A DNA stretch of 64,000 bases from Blepharisma stoltei ATCC 30299 (taxonomy: Eukaryota > Protista > Ciliophora). The stretch is from assembly GCA_965603825.1 (NCBI GenBank), contig CBFDEM010000018.1:868001-932000 (forward strand), given 5' to 3'. The notes beneath the pieces are model-generated. The model saw only the letters and a list, made by a program, of their open reading frames with translations. It made no database searches and was not told the origin of the DNA. Numbering within the stretch: the stretch's first letter is position 1; the number at the start of each line of letters is the position of its first letter. A program made the translations under genes and the position numbers. This document shows, piece after piece, positions 35,726-48,677 of this stretch.

Positions 35726-36473
35726 GATTTTATTATTAAGCTTAATAAATGAAAATTTAAATTCTAAGGAAATGCAAATAAATTCATAATTGCTTTTATT
35801 TAATTTTTTCAAATTTTTAAGCCAAGGTTGATTATAAAACTTAGCGAAAAAAATTTAATAATCTTTAATATTCAAAATTTATGCGTTTCATTTTCAAATA
35901 TTTTTACTAGCTTCATCTCCCTTTATTAAATTTGATAATGCAAAATATTTATTGATTACGATTAGATCTCAAATAGGAGTCTTTTGTCATATAGGCTTTT
36001 TGTCTTCTAATTTGCTTACCTCTTTTTCGATCATCCCGAGAAAAGAAATTGACAACTTTCTGTTAAAGGTAAGCACAGAAGCATCTAGGCAGATATGACA
36101 CCCTGCTTCATGCATTTCACTTTGAGCCTAATAATGGTGGCAGAGGCATAAATACAGCTATAAAAACGATTCTGGAACACATAAGAATTACTGTCATGAA
36201 GGAGTAGATTGATCATCTCAGGCCATTTTATGTAGTTTTATCCTGATTTATTTCCAAATCATCAACTTATTATTGTGAGATTCATTTTTATTGCAAAAAT
36301 ATTTATTCCTTTCTTCTTATGATTATAAAGTGTTTAATTATAATTTCATCGTAATATTATGCTTATTTTAATTAATGTTTTATAACTTTTGGCATATTGA
36401 ATAAAACACTTTTAACTAGATAATTGCTAATTAAATAAAGATTTATCAATTTATACATCCTCGATATTAAAAA

Positions 36474-37946
36474 TTATTGTTTTATTTGCAATAGTGGCTT
36501 TCCACTTACAGAAGACTTTCTCTGCTGCATTTGTGGAGCTTTAAGTGAATCATTAGATTTTCTAACATCTCCAAAAATATTTGGCTTATCAAGATTTAGC
36601 TTTGGCAAACTTTTGTCCCTTTGATTTTTTCCAACAAAAAGAATTCTATTGTTCGGTTTTGTTAGAGGATTTTGCTTGAACCCAGAGCTTTTTCTATTAT
36701 TGCTTAAAGTTTGCTCAATAGATGGAGTCCTTTTTTCCATGCTTACGATCCACAAGTCTTTTAAAGATGCGATTTCATCTAGCTTTGTAGGTTCTTTATA
36801 AGATCCTTGCGACTTTTCTTCAGAAGTCTTTCAAAATTCGTATTCTTCAGGAAGCATAGGTTTTGAGTTAAATTTTTTTTCTATATTCTGCTGAGAAGGT
36901 GTAGAAATTTGCGAAGATGTCCTATATAAAATTTACTCAATTCTGCTTGCTACTTCTAAACTTTCAGCTTTTTTCTCACGAAGCTGTTTTCTTAAATTTT
37001 CGAGCTCTTGATTTTGTTTTTTAAATAACATTTCATATTGCTTCAGCTTTAATTCGAGCTCCTTAATTTTTTGGTCGTTGTGAGATTCTTCTGATATTGA
37101 TTGTACAAGATCTTGTGAAGGAAATTCCACCTTTCATATTTCATTATCAGAAGCTGAGGATTCTGAAGGGGCAAGATTAGGCCGTTTTTTGGAGAATTTA
37201 TTATTCTTATGTTTTTTAGGTAAATCTTTCTTTTCGTTTATATTTTTCTCTTCAAACACTGGCTGAACGATTTCTTGAATAATTTGTTTTCCAAATTCTG
37301 CTGTTTCAAACTCATTGAATTTTTGTTCTAAGTTTTCACTTTTCTTATGTTTATGCTCACTCTCAGCTTTAGATTTTTCTTTATGCTTATGCTCAGATGG
37401 TCCTCTGGCATGCGATTTCTTTATTGGCTTATCTCTTATGGATTTTAGGTCTTGATTAAACTCTTTTTCTTCAAGTTCTCCCATTTCAGAGCCAAAATTC
37501 GTAGGATTTACTTCTTCAGTTACAGGAATTTCATTTTTTTCTTCGAATTTCGACGAAGCTCTTGAATAAAATTTTTCCTGAGGCAGTTGCTCGTTTTCAT
37601 AGACATTTTCTACAGGATTTTTATCTTCGCCAAAATTTTCAGTTCCTTTTAATTCGCTGATTTCTTTTTCTAAATTCTGGAAGGCCTGTCTTTGAGGCTC
37701 TAAATTATTTGGATTTTCGCTTCCGAAATTGCCGAATTCGTTGAAATTCTCATCTTCTACAATATCAACAAGGTTTCCTCCAAGCTGCTCGATTAAGCCT
37801 TCATTAGCTAACTCATTACCTTTTTCTATTTCACTTTCTGCAAAGCCAGGCTGATTTTGAAATTGATCTTCTGGAGGAAAGTCTTGCTGATGATCTGTGC
37901 TAAAAATATTTGCCTGCTCTGGATCAAAATTTTCAGGTATTTCCAT
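36474..37946 (-). CDS. Acidic low-complexity coiled-coil protein, one 15-nt intron
   Basis: Three ORFs joined by TGA readthrough and intron 36922-36936; start could alternatively be 37976. Confidence 0.7.
36922..36936 (-). other. 15-nt spliceosomal intron
   Basis: GTAAATTTTATATAG; removes an in-frame TAA. Confidence 0.85.
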
Positions 37947-38130
37947 TCTTAATTTATTTTTATTAAGAAATTGCATTAAAATATATTAACTCCAAACAGT
38001 TATTCAGCAAAAGCTGCAATTAATTGCCATTTAATGTTAATAAACTTATCTGTATTTAATATTCTTTTAATAAAAAGAATTCAATATTCAAGCTTTTGAT
38101 TGACTTCAAACTTAATATATCCATTATTTA

Positions 38131-39780
38131 TTACCAAAAGAAATTGCATTTTTCCTTAATATGTCTAACACCTCCTTCTAATGGTCTATCTCTTCTCCAT
38201 TTCCTGCACATCTCAGTCAATTGATGAGGATTTTCAAAGCTTACAAAGTTCGCCATAAGCTCTTCTTTCGCTTCAGTGGGCTGCCACTCTCCAATCCATC
38301 TGCTCTTCGTTATCCACAGCTCTTTTGCACTATCTAAATTAGGGATCACAGTCCCTCCAACCCACATTAAATGGTCAGGTTTTATATGCTCTTTATTTCC
38401 ATCACTATCAGAATGTGTGACGCTTGCCTTGACTTCTACTCTATCGACCCCTGCATCTTCAGGAAACCTATTTATTAGCCTATCTTCTAATATATCGACA
38501 ATGTCAGGAAACATTCCTCCTCCCCCAGTCAATAATATACAATTAGCCATTTTCTTACGGGCATCAGCCTGGTCATACGCAGAGATTGATCGTATAATCA
38601 TTTGATCTAAACTTAAAACTTTGTCCACTACAGGGTGAGTTGGAGATTCTAATTTTGTTTCAACCAAGTCATCTAAATAGTCGTCGGTGTCATAAGAAAA
38701 TGCTGGATGCAAGACCAGTGGTATTTTTGGTGGGCCTGAAGAAATTTCTAATAGAGAAGTGTGAAATAATGAGTGGGCGCCGACAATAAGGGCGGGGTTA
38801 TTGGAGTTGACACGTAATAAGCCACTTTCACTTGAGCATGCATAAGTGATGCTGTTTTCTTGTTGGAAAAATCTGCAGGCTTCTTTTTTTAAAGTTTCGA
38901 CTATGCGTAGTTGGTCAAGCCCATCAGCGTCTGGTCTGATTAAGACTCTCATTAAAAGGATATCAATATCTCTTCCAGCATAAAATTGTCTTACATGAGT
39001 TTTCGGATTGATGACACCTTCATCAATGCATATTACATTTATGTGTGAAGCTCCTATATCAACGACACAGGCACTTGGAACTCCAGCGCCAAATATCGCT
39101 GAAACGCTTTCTTGATGCAAAAAAATGCTTCTAAACCCTAAAGTTCTCAATAAAATATCGACAAGGGCTTTGACTTGCTCTTTATAAAATGCGTCCGGAA
39201 TAATAAGGACCACTGAAAATTGATGAAACATTTCTCTTGGAATTCTTAATATTCTCACAACTGTGTATTCTAAAATTCTTTCTAAATCACTAATAACAGT
39301 TCTTAATGATTGTGATTGGCTAATATTGAAATGCCCTCTTAAAATAGGCCAATGTTTTATATAAGGCTCTCCTGGTCCAAGATTGTAAGCTTCATCTCCA
39401 ACTAGATAAGGAGGATTATGAGAAGCTTCAGTTCTTCTTGGCAATGGTTCAAGTGCTGTTTCGCTTTCCCCTTCATTTTCTTCTTCAATTTGCATATCTG
39501 AAGCATTCCTCTTGCTTTTTGATTTTTTCTTTGGAAGTACAATTTTTGGAATGTGGTCTTTAAGGAAGCCAGTGCTTTGCAAGTAATTTTGCACCATTGA
39601 GTAAGCCTTAAATAAAGTTTCTGCATCACATGGTGGTAATGCTGATTGCAACTGAGTACCAGGTTGGCGATAAGCGATTACGTTGGGAATTGTATAAGGC
39701 TGCATTTGATTAGCGAATCCAACACGTAAATAAAGGGATCCTAAATGAACTACAATAGTCTCTGTAGGCTTGATATCCAT
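38131..39780 (-). CDS. ARP8: Actin-related protein 8 (INO80 complex)
   Basis: 'IVVHLGSLYLRVG...PNVIA', 'HQESVSAIFGAG..SACVVDIGA', C-terminal 'IKEKCNFFW'. Confidence 0.88.
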   Translation of the reverse strand: MDIKPTETIVVHLGSLYLRVGFANQMQPYTIPNVIAYRQPGTQLQSALPPCDAETLFKAYSMVQNYLQSTGFLKDHIPKIVLPKKKSKSKRNASDMQIEEENEGESETALEPLPRRTEASHNPPYLVGDEAYNLGPGEPYIKHWPILRGHFNISQSQSLRTVISDLERILEYTVVRILRIPREMFHQFSVVLIIPDAFYKEQVKALVDILLRTLGFRSIFLHQESVSAIFGAGVPSACVVDIGASHINVICIDEGVINPKTHVRQFYAGRDIDILLMRVLIRPDADGLDQLRIVETLKKEACRFFQQENSITYACSSESGLLRVNSNNPALIVGAHSLFHTSLLEISSGPPKIPLVLHPAFSYDTDDYLDDLVETKLESPTHPVVDKVLSLDQMIIRSISAYDQADARKKMANCILLTGGGGMFPDIVDILEDRLINRFPEDAGVDRVEVKASVTHSDSDGNKEHIKPDHLMWVGGTVIPNLDSAKELWITKSRWIGEWQPTEAKEELMANFVSFENPHQLTEMCRKWRRDRPLEGGVRHIKEKCNFFW

Positions 39781-39886
39781 TTAGGTCTAATTTATGCAAT
39801 TAGCTAATACTAACCTTAAAATGAATCATAGCTTTCAGCGTTAATAAGAAAAGAGAATACAAGCCCCCGATAATTATTATTAACTA

Positions 39887-41026
39887 ATGAACTCTTCAAA
39901 ACAAAATGACATTCCTCAAGATCATATCAGTTTAACAGACTCTTCAGATTTTTCTATTGATTCCCAACAATCTAAATTTTATAATAGCAAAATACTTGGA
40001 AAGAGTTTTACCCCGCCAAAACTTACGTTTAAAGACTTATTGGATATCAAGAGAAATAGTGAATCCAGCTCTGACTTGCCTAAAGATCTTCCGATTTATC
40101 ATGCACCTACAGAATCAGTGACTCCATCTATAGAGTTTCAAAATGAAAGAAAAATAAATCTTGATTCAACACCTAAAACATCGAAAAAGAAAGCACCGAA
40201 AATTCATGTACCAAAACTTATAAAATTCAATAAACTTATTGATGATATTGCTATTCCAGAGGAACCTATCAGAGAGTATCAATTTTTAAGAAACGAGCCA
40301 CTTATTTTACCAAAAAAAGAAAAGAATTCATTAGATTTGAATGAAATTTTATTGAAGTGTCAAAAAGAAAAGCAGGATAAAGGAAGCTATTATTTGGCTA
40401 AAAATGTATTGACGGATGCTGATAATAAAGATAACTTTGTGATCGAAGCACCAGAAAGGGTGGAAGGATTTATTTCTAAAAAAATATCAATTGACCCAAG
40501 GGAAATTATGAGAGAAAAACTGAAAAATGCAGCAAATGAAAGAAAAACAAGCAATATCAGTAATGAAATGCTTTTTAACAAGCCGAAAACAGAGCTGGAA
40601 GGAGGCGATTTTAATGATTTTTGCTATAGCTCTAGAGAATGGCAGCCTGAGATTAAAGAAGCTGAAGGTGAAATTGACAGCTTTCATGAAGATCATGCAA
40701 AAATTATTCCTGAAAAAAATCTCTGCACTCAAATTAATGAGAAAATAAAAAAAGCCGCTAAATTGCATAGAAATGAAATTAAGCCAAGAACAAGGAATGG
40801 ACTCTGCATATTAAGCGAATGGCATGAAGAAATAGGAGATTTAGATCAAGTAGTTAATTTGGATATTAACGTAAATTTATCAAAAAATGATGGAGAAGAT
40901 TCACTTAAGAGAAAAATTAACAAAGCAAGGGAAGATGTGAATGGTGCTGGGATAAAAAGGATAAAAGACGCTAATGGGACGCCAAAAATCGTATGAGATC
41001 GAAAGCTAGTAGATCTTTATTTGTAA
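39887..41026 (+). CDS. Uncharacterised protein
   Basis: 369-aa ORF extended through TGA 40994 to TAA 41026. Confidence 0.7.
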
Positions 41027-41190
41027 ATCAAATTTTTAATATAATAACAACTAAAATGTTAGGATTAATATTATTATTTTTTAAGTTCATTAATATTATA
41101 ATAATTTGCCATAATTTAAAAGGTTTGTAATTTAACGACCTTGGCTATTATAACACCATAAAGAGATTATTGTGAATTTTTCAAAAAAAC

Positions 41191-41661
41191 TTAAATTGGA
41201 GTTCGTTCTGGCTCAAGCTTAGATATTGGGCTGTTTTCTATTTTTGCTGTGTACACATCTTCGTTTTCGCTTCTTTTTTGCACTTTTATATTTGATTTAA
41301 ATGAAAAGTCAGATTTAATCCCTTTCATCACTTTTTCTAATTTACTTCAGATCTCATTTTCTTCTTTATCAGCTGCTGAAAAGTCAAAAAGTGGGTCAAG
41401 AGGCCGTTTAACTGGTGCCCTATGAGCACTTGGGAGTGAGATACGGGGATAATTAAACAAATCATAAAAGGCTCTTGACTTATTATCATAAAGAGTATGA
41501 TAAGCAGTTGATATTTCTTCGTATCTTATAGGTGATTCTGTTGATTTATTTTTATCTGGGTGCCATTGTATTGCTAATTTATAATAAGCTTTTTGTATTT
41601 GCTGCTTTGATGCACTCTGCGGAAGGCTTAAAATTTTGTATAGATCTCGCTTCTCATCCAT
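41191..41661 (-). CDS. DnaJ (J-domain) protein
   Basis: 'DLYKIL...AYYKLAIQWHPDKN'; extends through TGA 41347. Confidence 0.88.
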
Positions 41662-42283
41662 ATTTCTGATTATAAAGCATATTCCAAATTTAATGCTTTA
41701 AAGATATTTAGAAAAATCTGGAATCTCCATCTTTATTTTAATATCGCAGATAAATCCATGTGAAGGAAAATCTTCAAAGGATGTGTTTCTCGTTTGAATT
41801 AAAGAAATTTAAGCATTTTCAAAGATTTTGCAGCTAGATAATGTGCGAAAATTCTTACAATAAAGAAATAAAAAGTAAAAATTACTTTTTAAAATTATAA
41901 TAAAGGATTATCAAACTAAATAGCTTAAGTCTAATAAAAGTTATATCGGGAAATATAAAAATATTATAGGTAAAGAAACACAAAGTTATCTTTTATAAAT
42001 GATCAAAACAAATAAAACTATTATAGTTATTTATTGCCATGGCCTGCATAGGATTTATAAAGCATTTATGCAGCTTTACTGTAAATTCACAGTATTCACA
42101 TTATTTTATGATTTTAAGAAACCCAAGTATAACTGCAAGTTTATTCAAAAATTCAATATTTTAGCATTCTAGCTCGCCCATATAAATAGAAATAATATTC
42201 ATTAATTCTCATTCAGAAGCTTCCATAATGATCTCACATAAATTGCCTATTATTTATTTAAAAATATGATAAATTTACATTAA

Positions 42284-43003
42284 TTATCGATTCGAATCGC
42301 GACTTCTTCGTACTATTGGTGATAGATCTATCGTAAAATTTTCGGTTAAAGGAGATTTATTTTCCAGCTCTCTCGAAATTTCTCTGTCAAGTATTGAAAT
42401 GTCATCAATTAGAATTGAATTTTGTAAGCGCAACTGTTCAAGAATATTTAGAGTGGTCTCGCTGAAATTATTTGATTGAGATCTGGTGTGCTTAGGCTTA
42501 GTTGCTTGATGTTTAGTTGGTGTTTTCTTATATAAACTTACACTGACACAGCCAGGAGATCGGCTTCTTGCAGAAAATTTTGGCTTTGAAGCAGCTTTTT
42601 GGGTGCTTTTGTCTTTGGTTTTTATGGTTTCCGGAAGCGGAGAGAGCCTTTTACGCTGTTTTGAAGCAAATTTAACTGGAGCTGGTGGATGAACTTGGGT
42701 TTCAGAGACATCTGTTATTGTTTTAAGCTGTTGAGATTTAGGTACTGGAAATTCTTGGCTATTTGAAAATGTTATTGATTTTTCGTCTCTTAACATGCTT
42801 CGATCTGTGCCATATCCTGTTGTTACCCTGGTGCTATACTCTTTTCCTTTTAAAATTTCTAAAAGCGTTAACTCTCTAAATGTCCGGCCATTAACCAAAA
42901 TTTCTTCTTCTTGCGGCTTTTGGTATTTTTCGTCAAGGGTTTCAAGTGTTTGTACTCTTTCAGTGCAGCCTCCACACACATTTTTGCTTAGAGTTTTTCC
43001 CAT
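42284..43003 (-). CDS. Uncharacterised, probably N-myristoylated protein
   Basis: MGKTLSK followed by CxxC; shares motifs with 19896-20570. Confidence 0.75.
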   Translation of the reverse strand: MGKTLSKNVCGGCTERVQTLETLDEKYQKPQEEEILVNGRTFRELTLLEILKGKEYSTRVTTGYGTDRSMLRDEKSITFSNSQEFPVPKSQQLKTITDVSETQVHPPAPVKFASKQRKRLSPLPETIKTKDKSTQKAASKPKFSARSRSPGCVSVSLYKKTPTKHQATKPKHTRSQSNNFSETTLNILEQLRLQNSILIDDISILDREISRELENKSPLTENFTIDLSPIVRRSRDSNR

Positions 43004-43122
43004 TTATTTTTGTACCTCATCAAAACTTATACTAACTAATAATTCTTTTCTTTATAAAACTATCATCAGAAATCACTATTATCTGTGCTATATTAAATGA
43101 TAAAATTTTGTGTAATTTTATA

Positions 43123-43710
43123 CTATTTTATTGAATGCAAGGCTCCAATTGCTATTTCTAGCCCCAATCTTCCCTTCTTTTCTGGGTATCCTGTGTTTAT
43201 TGTCACTGATCTCACAGATTTAGTAGCATTTGAATATACATATAAATTTACATAGGGATTAGTTTCCGCATATTCTTCTAGTTCATCTATACTTTCCATG
43301 TCAAAATCCTTGCTTCCAACAATAAAATCCTCATTTGCAACGAGTCCAACTTCTTTTGCTGGGCCATCGTCAAGGACTTTAGTTATATGAAGAGTTTCAG
43401 ATCATGCCTGAATAGAATTTTCATATCTTAAAGCAACTCCTAAAACTCCTTCACCATCTATTGTTCTGGGGGTTACTTTAATTTCTCTTGACTTCTCTTC
43501 AATTAAATTATATACTTCTAGAGTTAATTCACAGTTAGCATTTAATTTGACGATGTCATTAAAAGGAATAGTGGAATCTATAAGTTTAGTTCCATTTACA
43601 GCTACAATAAAATCAATAAAAGGTTGCAATTTTACTTCTTCTGCTGGGAATCCTTCATAGACCTCAATGATTCTGTGTCCTTGATTAAATTTACTCTCAA
43701 AAATTCCCAT
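43123..43710 (-). CDS. GORASP: GRASP55/65 Golgi stacking protein (tandem PDZ)
   Basis: MG start; 'LQPFIDFIV', 'GEGVLGVALRY'; second PDZ after TGA ('EDFIVG', 'LGLEIAIGALHSI'). Confidence 0.88.
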
Positions 43711-43943
43711 ATTATAATGATAAAGTTATTGAAATTTTATGACTGCCTTATTTATAAGGCGTTAAAAATTCATTATATTGCATAAATCCTTGTGCGTTCA
43801 AGCACTGATATTTGGCAATATCTTAAAATTTTTTTAAATAATCTGGCTATCATTGATAATATATCCTTCTAATTATAAGCTACAAAGTGGAAATTATTAG
43901 ACGCTTATACAAAATAATTTATTTTAAAATTAAACTAATTTCA

Positions 43944-44636
43944 TTATTTCCCATCAAACCTGGTTTCAATAAACACAGGACTTAGCTTCGCCCCTATTTT
44001 TGTCAGATTCTCCCTCAAAGATCTATGTCTTCTTTGGTTTTTCCTAGGCGGTAGCTCAACCTTAGATGCCACAATAATTTGATCAAAAGTATCAGGAGAA
44101 CTCACTGGATCATCAAATCTATTTAAAAACATATCAATTGAAGAATTTCTATGATTTCCCTTTCTTTTTTTATGGTGGCGAATTTTTGGAATTTCCACAT
44201 GCAAGTTTGAGTGAGACTTTCTTAAGAGCTGCCTCAAGCCTTCATTTGAGAATTTCCTTTGGATTTGATTCTCAGACTGTAGCTCGGTCAATAAGAAAAG
44301 ATCTCTAGATTCCTGCTTGGCTGGCTTTGGAGGACTTTTCAATGATTTATTTTCAATATCGGGAAACAAGGGCTTACAAATTTTGTGGATGTATTTTTGG
44401 GTTTCTTCAAGAAATTGAAGAGTGCTTCTTTTAGATAGAAGATTTCTATTAATAAACCTATGTCTCCCTGCAAGATCAATTCACGATTGAGGAATGGAGC
44501 TTTCTCACATATAGGATATTGGGGTTGAATTAGTTTTACGACAATCAAGTGTAGATTTGCTCTTTTTCATAAATTTGTCGCTAAAGGCATCTTCTAAAGG
44601 ATCTCCATGATTTGGACGATAACTTAGACCTTTCAT
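43944..44636 (-). CDS. Uncharacterised basic protein
   Basis: ATG at 44636 is in frame with ORF 43944-44369 via two TGA. Confidence 0.65.
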
Positions 44637-45204
44637 ATAGTTTTATTTATTGACTGTTATTTGATACATTTATGTTCTGAGAAGCAAAATGAAGTAATTA
44701 TTTTATCATAATTTATGCAATAAATTCTTTAATTTGGTTATCAATTCCTTAGAAATATTTTTAGATGGAGCAAACTATGCATAAATCTATTCCGAATCAA
44801 TAAAATAATAAAATATGTAATCCTCCAGCCAAAAAAATCTATTACGAAATCACTCTATCAATTATTATTATGCCAGCTAGTTTATTTTAAGTGATTTGAA
44901 CATTGATTTTAATAATGGTAAAATAATTTGTCCTCTCTATTAAAAAAATGCCTGGATAAGCTATAGATTAAAGAGTATAATTAGACTAGAAATTTTTTAA
45001 GACGTTACACATTTCCTAAGCATCCTCTCTATAAATTTACTTTAAATTTTTGAAACATAAATTTATTAGCAATTTTGCATTTTATTCACATCTTTATGTG
45101 ATCATTTTTTTATTTTGCTAATAATATGTATTTCAATAGTAAAGAGAAGCTAATATTTCTTTTAATAATAAATAAAATTTTGGAATTACATATATTAAAA
45201 AAGG

Positions 45205-46467
45205 ATGGTGGAATTAAATATCAAAGCGGAGACAATATTAGCTCAGAGATTTCAAATTGGCACATTGATTGGAAAAGGGTCGTTTGGAAAAGTTTATTTT
45301 GCTATTGACTTGCAATCAAACAAAGAAGTTGCTGTAAAAATTGAAACAAAAAAATCTAAACACAGCCAACTCTCAAACGAATCGACAATTCTTCAGGAAC
45401 TTCAAGGTATTGTTGGAATTCCGAGATATGTATTTTCTTCTGATCAAGGCGAATATAATATATTAGTGATGGAACTATTAGGAGAAAGCATAAGATCTAA
45501 ATTTTCGAAGTGTAATAAAATTTTCTCTCTTAAAACAACATTGCTGATATCAGAACAGATGTTGGATCGAATAAAAAGTTTGCATGATCATGGCTATATA
45601 CATAGAGATATCAAACCTCAACAATTTGTTACTCCATATTGTGATAAAGAAAATTTAATCTATTTAATTGACTATGGCCTCTCAAAAAAATATATCAATA
45701 AGCTTGGCTTTCATATTCCGTACACTGAAAACTGTCCATTTGCAGGTACTTATTATTACGCATCCATTAATTGTCATACTGGGATCCAGCAAGGCAGACG
45801 AGATGATTTGGAGTCTATGCTCTATTCAATAGCCTTTTTACTCCGTGGAGATTTGCCATGAATCCCAAACTCAAAGCAAAAATTTTCAGCTGCTAGAATT
45901 CATGTCATCAAACTTAAAACTTCGCCGCTGAAGCTTATGAAGGATGCACCATATGATTTCTCTGAATTGCTTTGCTACGTTAAATCACTTCAATATGACA
46001 CAAGACCTGACTATGACTATATTAAAGGGATTTTAAGTGAGCTCAAAAGGAAAGTAAATGTCAATGATAATATTTTTGATTGAAATATACTAATTGAAGT
46101 AAATAACAATAGGAGGTTATATAAGCAGAATAAAAAAAAGAAACAAAGCAAAGAAAGAGATGAAAGCGTGGCAATATCGAAGACAAGTATTTCGTTTTAC
46201 GAGCAAGTAGTCTTAGAATCTTCTGAAGACTCTAAAACTATTGAGCAGTCTAAGTTTCCTGAATTTCATAACAGGAATATTCTCCCCCAAAAGCCGATTC
46301 AAGGAATAATTGAATCTATAACTTTACCATTAACTTTACAGTACTCAGATAAAAATGAACAAAGTGTGGATGAAAGCCATTATGAAAGAAGACCAAGAAC
46401 GCATAGCTTTGATATAAATATGCTTGAATCACGAATTCAACAAAAATCAAATTGCATCATATTTTAA
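45205..46467 (+). CDS. CK1: Casein kinase 1 family protein with C-terminal CaaX-like motif
   Basis: GKGSFG, VAVK, LIDYGL, YASIN, RRDDLES; TGA gives LPW and FDW; ends CIIF*. Confidence 0.9.
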
Positions 46468-46529
46468 AGCTTCTCCCATATTTTAATGCAAAGTAAGATT
46501 ATATTTAATAGATTCCTATTTTCTAATTT

Positions 46530-47939
46530 ATGAGAAAATCAAAGTTTCCAACTTCAGTCAAAGCAGATAAACTTTATGAGCTAATTTTTGGCTCAGAAAA
46601 GCTCAAACCACACATTAGCCCAGTTCTTTCACAGCTTAATATCTCAATTCACGATATTGAGCCAAAAAGTATAAATGATTTTCAAACGGAAGATTCTATT
46701 CAAGAAATTGCCGAACTTAGATTCAATCACTACCAAAAAAAAAGACTTCAAAAGTTAGCTGAGGTTTCTAAGGTTATGCTCCAAAAATATCCCAATGAAA
46801 GCGAATTGCAAGATGATTCAAATACAATGAGCACCTGCGATATTGAGGCAGAAGTGCAGAGTCAATTGTCAAGCGAGAAGACTAAAGAAAAGAGGTCAAG
46901 CTTGAATGAAATGCAAGAGAAATGAAATAAGGCAACTAAACTTAGACACAAAAGAAGGCAAGAAGCAGCGGACAGAGCTGTTAAACTGATAATGGAGCAC
47001 CAAACACACTTTGTTGAAAAACTAAAAGAAAAAGAGCAAAGGACAAAAGAACATTTGGAAATGCAATTAGAGAAATTTAATAAAAAACAAAAAAAACTGA
47101 AAGAACTAGAATTAAATAGAAAAGCAAGGCAAGGTTTTTCATCAAGAGAGCAAAGCCAAGAAAATTACATAAATAACTCAAGGTCAATTTCTCCGGTCAA
47201 TGAAAATTACCATAATGTTTCGTTTAATACAAGATCAAAAAGCAGGCTTTCTGGTGATGATTTTGATACCTTAATCGATGAAAAATTGAAGCAATTTCAA
47301 ATAAAAATGGACCTGGCGCTTCAAAGGCATCAACTTTACAATAAAGAGAAATCAAAAACACAAGAAAAAAGGTGCTATACAGTTATGAAAAAACGAGAAG
47401 AATGAGACGAAAAGAGAAGAGCTGATGAAGAAAAAACAGTAAACGCGCTTTTTAAGCTTCATGATAGTCTAATGCAAAGTCATTATAATCGTGAAGAAAT
47501 AAAGAAAAATAAAAAAATTAAATTGATGCTGGATCAGAAAAAAACAAAAAGCAAAATGATACTAGATCAACAAACAGAAAATTGACTGCAAATAGAAAAC
47601 CAAATGAATTTGAAAGAAAAAAAGATACAGGATAAAGTGGAAGAATCAAAAATGAAAAGAATGAAAGAGGTTGAAATCAAAAAAGAAAAGAATCGCCTCA
47701 TAATGAATGATGTGATTGAAAATAAGAGAAAAAAAGAAAAAATTGATGAAGAAAAGGCAAGAAAAATAATTGAAGAACACAATAAAGAGTTGGAAGAATT
47801 GATTGAAAGGAAAAAATGGATGGAAACACTTGATCAAATTGCCAGGAAAAAGGAAAATAAATTGATATTAGAAAGCAATAAGGTAAAAACGGAAGTTTCA
47901 TCAAAAATGATGGAATTGCATAAAAGCCTGATAAATTAA
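46530..47939 (+). CDS. Charged coiled-coil protein
   Basis: Three ORFs in one frame joined by TGA. Confidence 0.75.
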
Positions 47940-48677
47940 CTCGAATTAAATAAGTAATAATGTAAAGATAATTTAATTATAAATAAAATGTATTGAAGGG
48001 AGACAATGCCTGGGCTGAAGCGCCATTTTATTTATTAGGAATTCAGTTCAAGATTACTTTATTTCCATTAAAATATATTGATAGATAAGGAAGAAAGTTA
48101 AAGGATATTTCTGTTCTACTTTTAAATCATTTTGTTAAAATATTTTGAGGTTATGTTGAATTATATTTCAATAGAAACTAAAAATTGGAAATAGAACCAA
48201 AATATTGCTATGCACTAATAATTTAAAAGTCTATTAATTATGTTGAAGTTTTTTCATATTCTTTTAGTTAATTCAGATATTTTGATTTAATAAAATAGAA
48301 ACTTCTGGATTATTTTTTGGCATTTGTTCTTAGTATATCTAATTTATTATTTGATTGAAGTGTCTTTAATACAAAACACTTTTTAATTTTCTCTAAAATA
48401 TTAAATAATGGCTAAAAGCTTGCTATAGTCAATAAAACTAAGTATATAAAGCTGTCAGTTATAAATGCTCAATTTTTATCCTTCAATTTTATCCAGGAAC
48501 GTTTTATATTTCAATTATTTATTAATACCTTTGAAATAAGTCAATCAATTTTCTGGCATTCAACTTTATATTCGATATCAAATTTCAACTAGGCCTCATA
48601 GCAATTTTTTATATTTCATTATCCAGAATATATCTTTGGCCAGATCTCTTAATAAGGGAGTTTCATATAGATATTAA

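Noticed and set aside
35880-36230. GC-richer stretch with a minus-strand frame open under TGA=Trp
   Set aside because: No clear start or intron structure and no recognisable homology
48012-48110. Stem GGGCTGAA/TTCAGTTC followed by an AGATTA H-box-like hexamer
   Set aside because: Weak upper stem, poorly defined pockets and no ACA box
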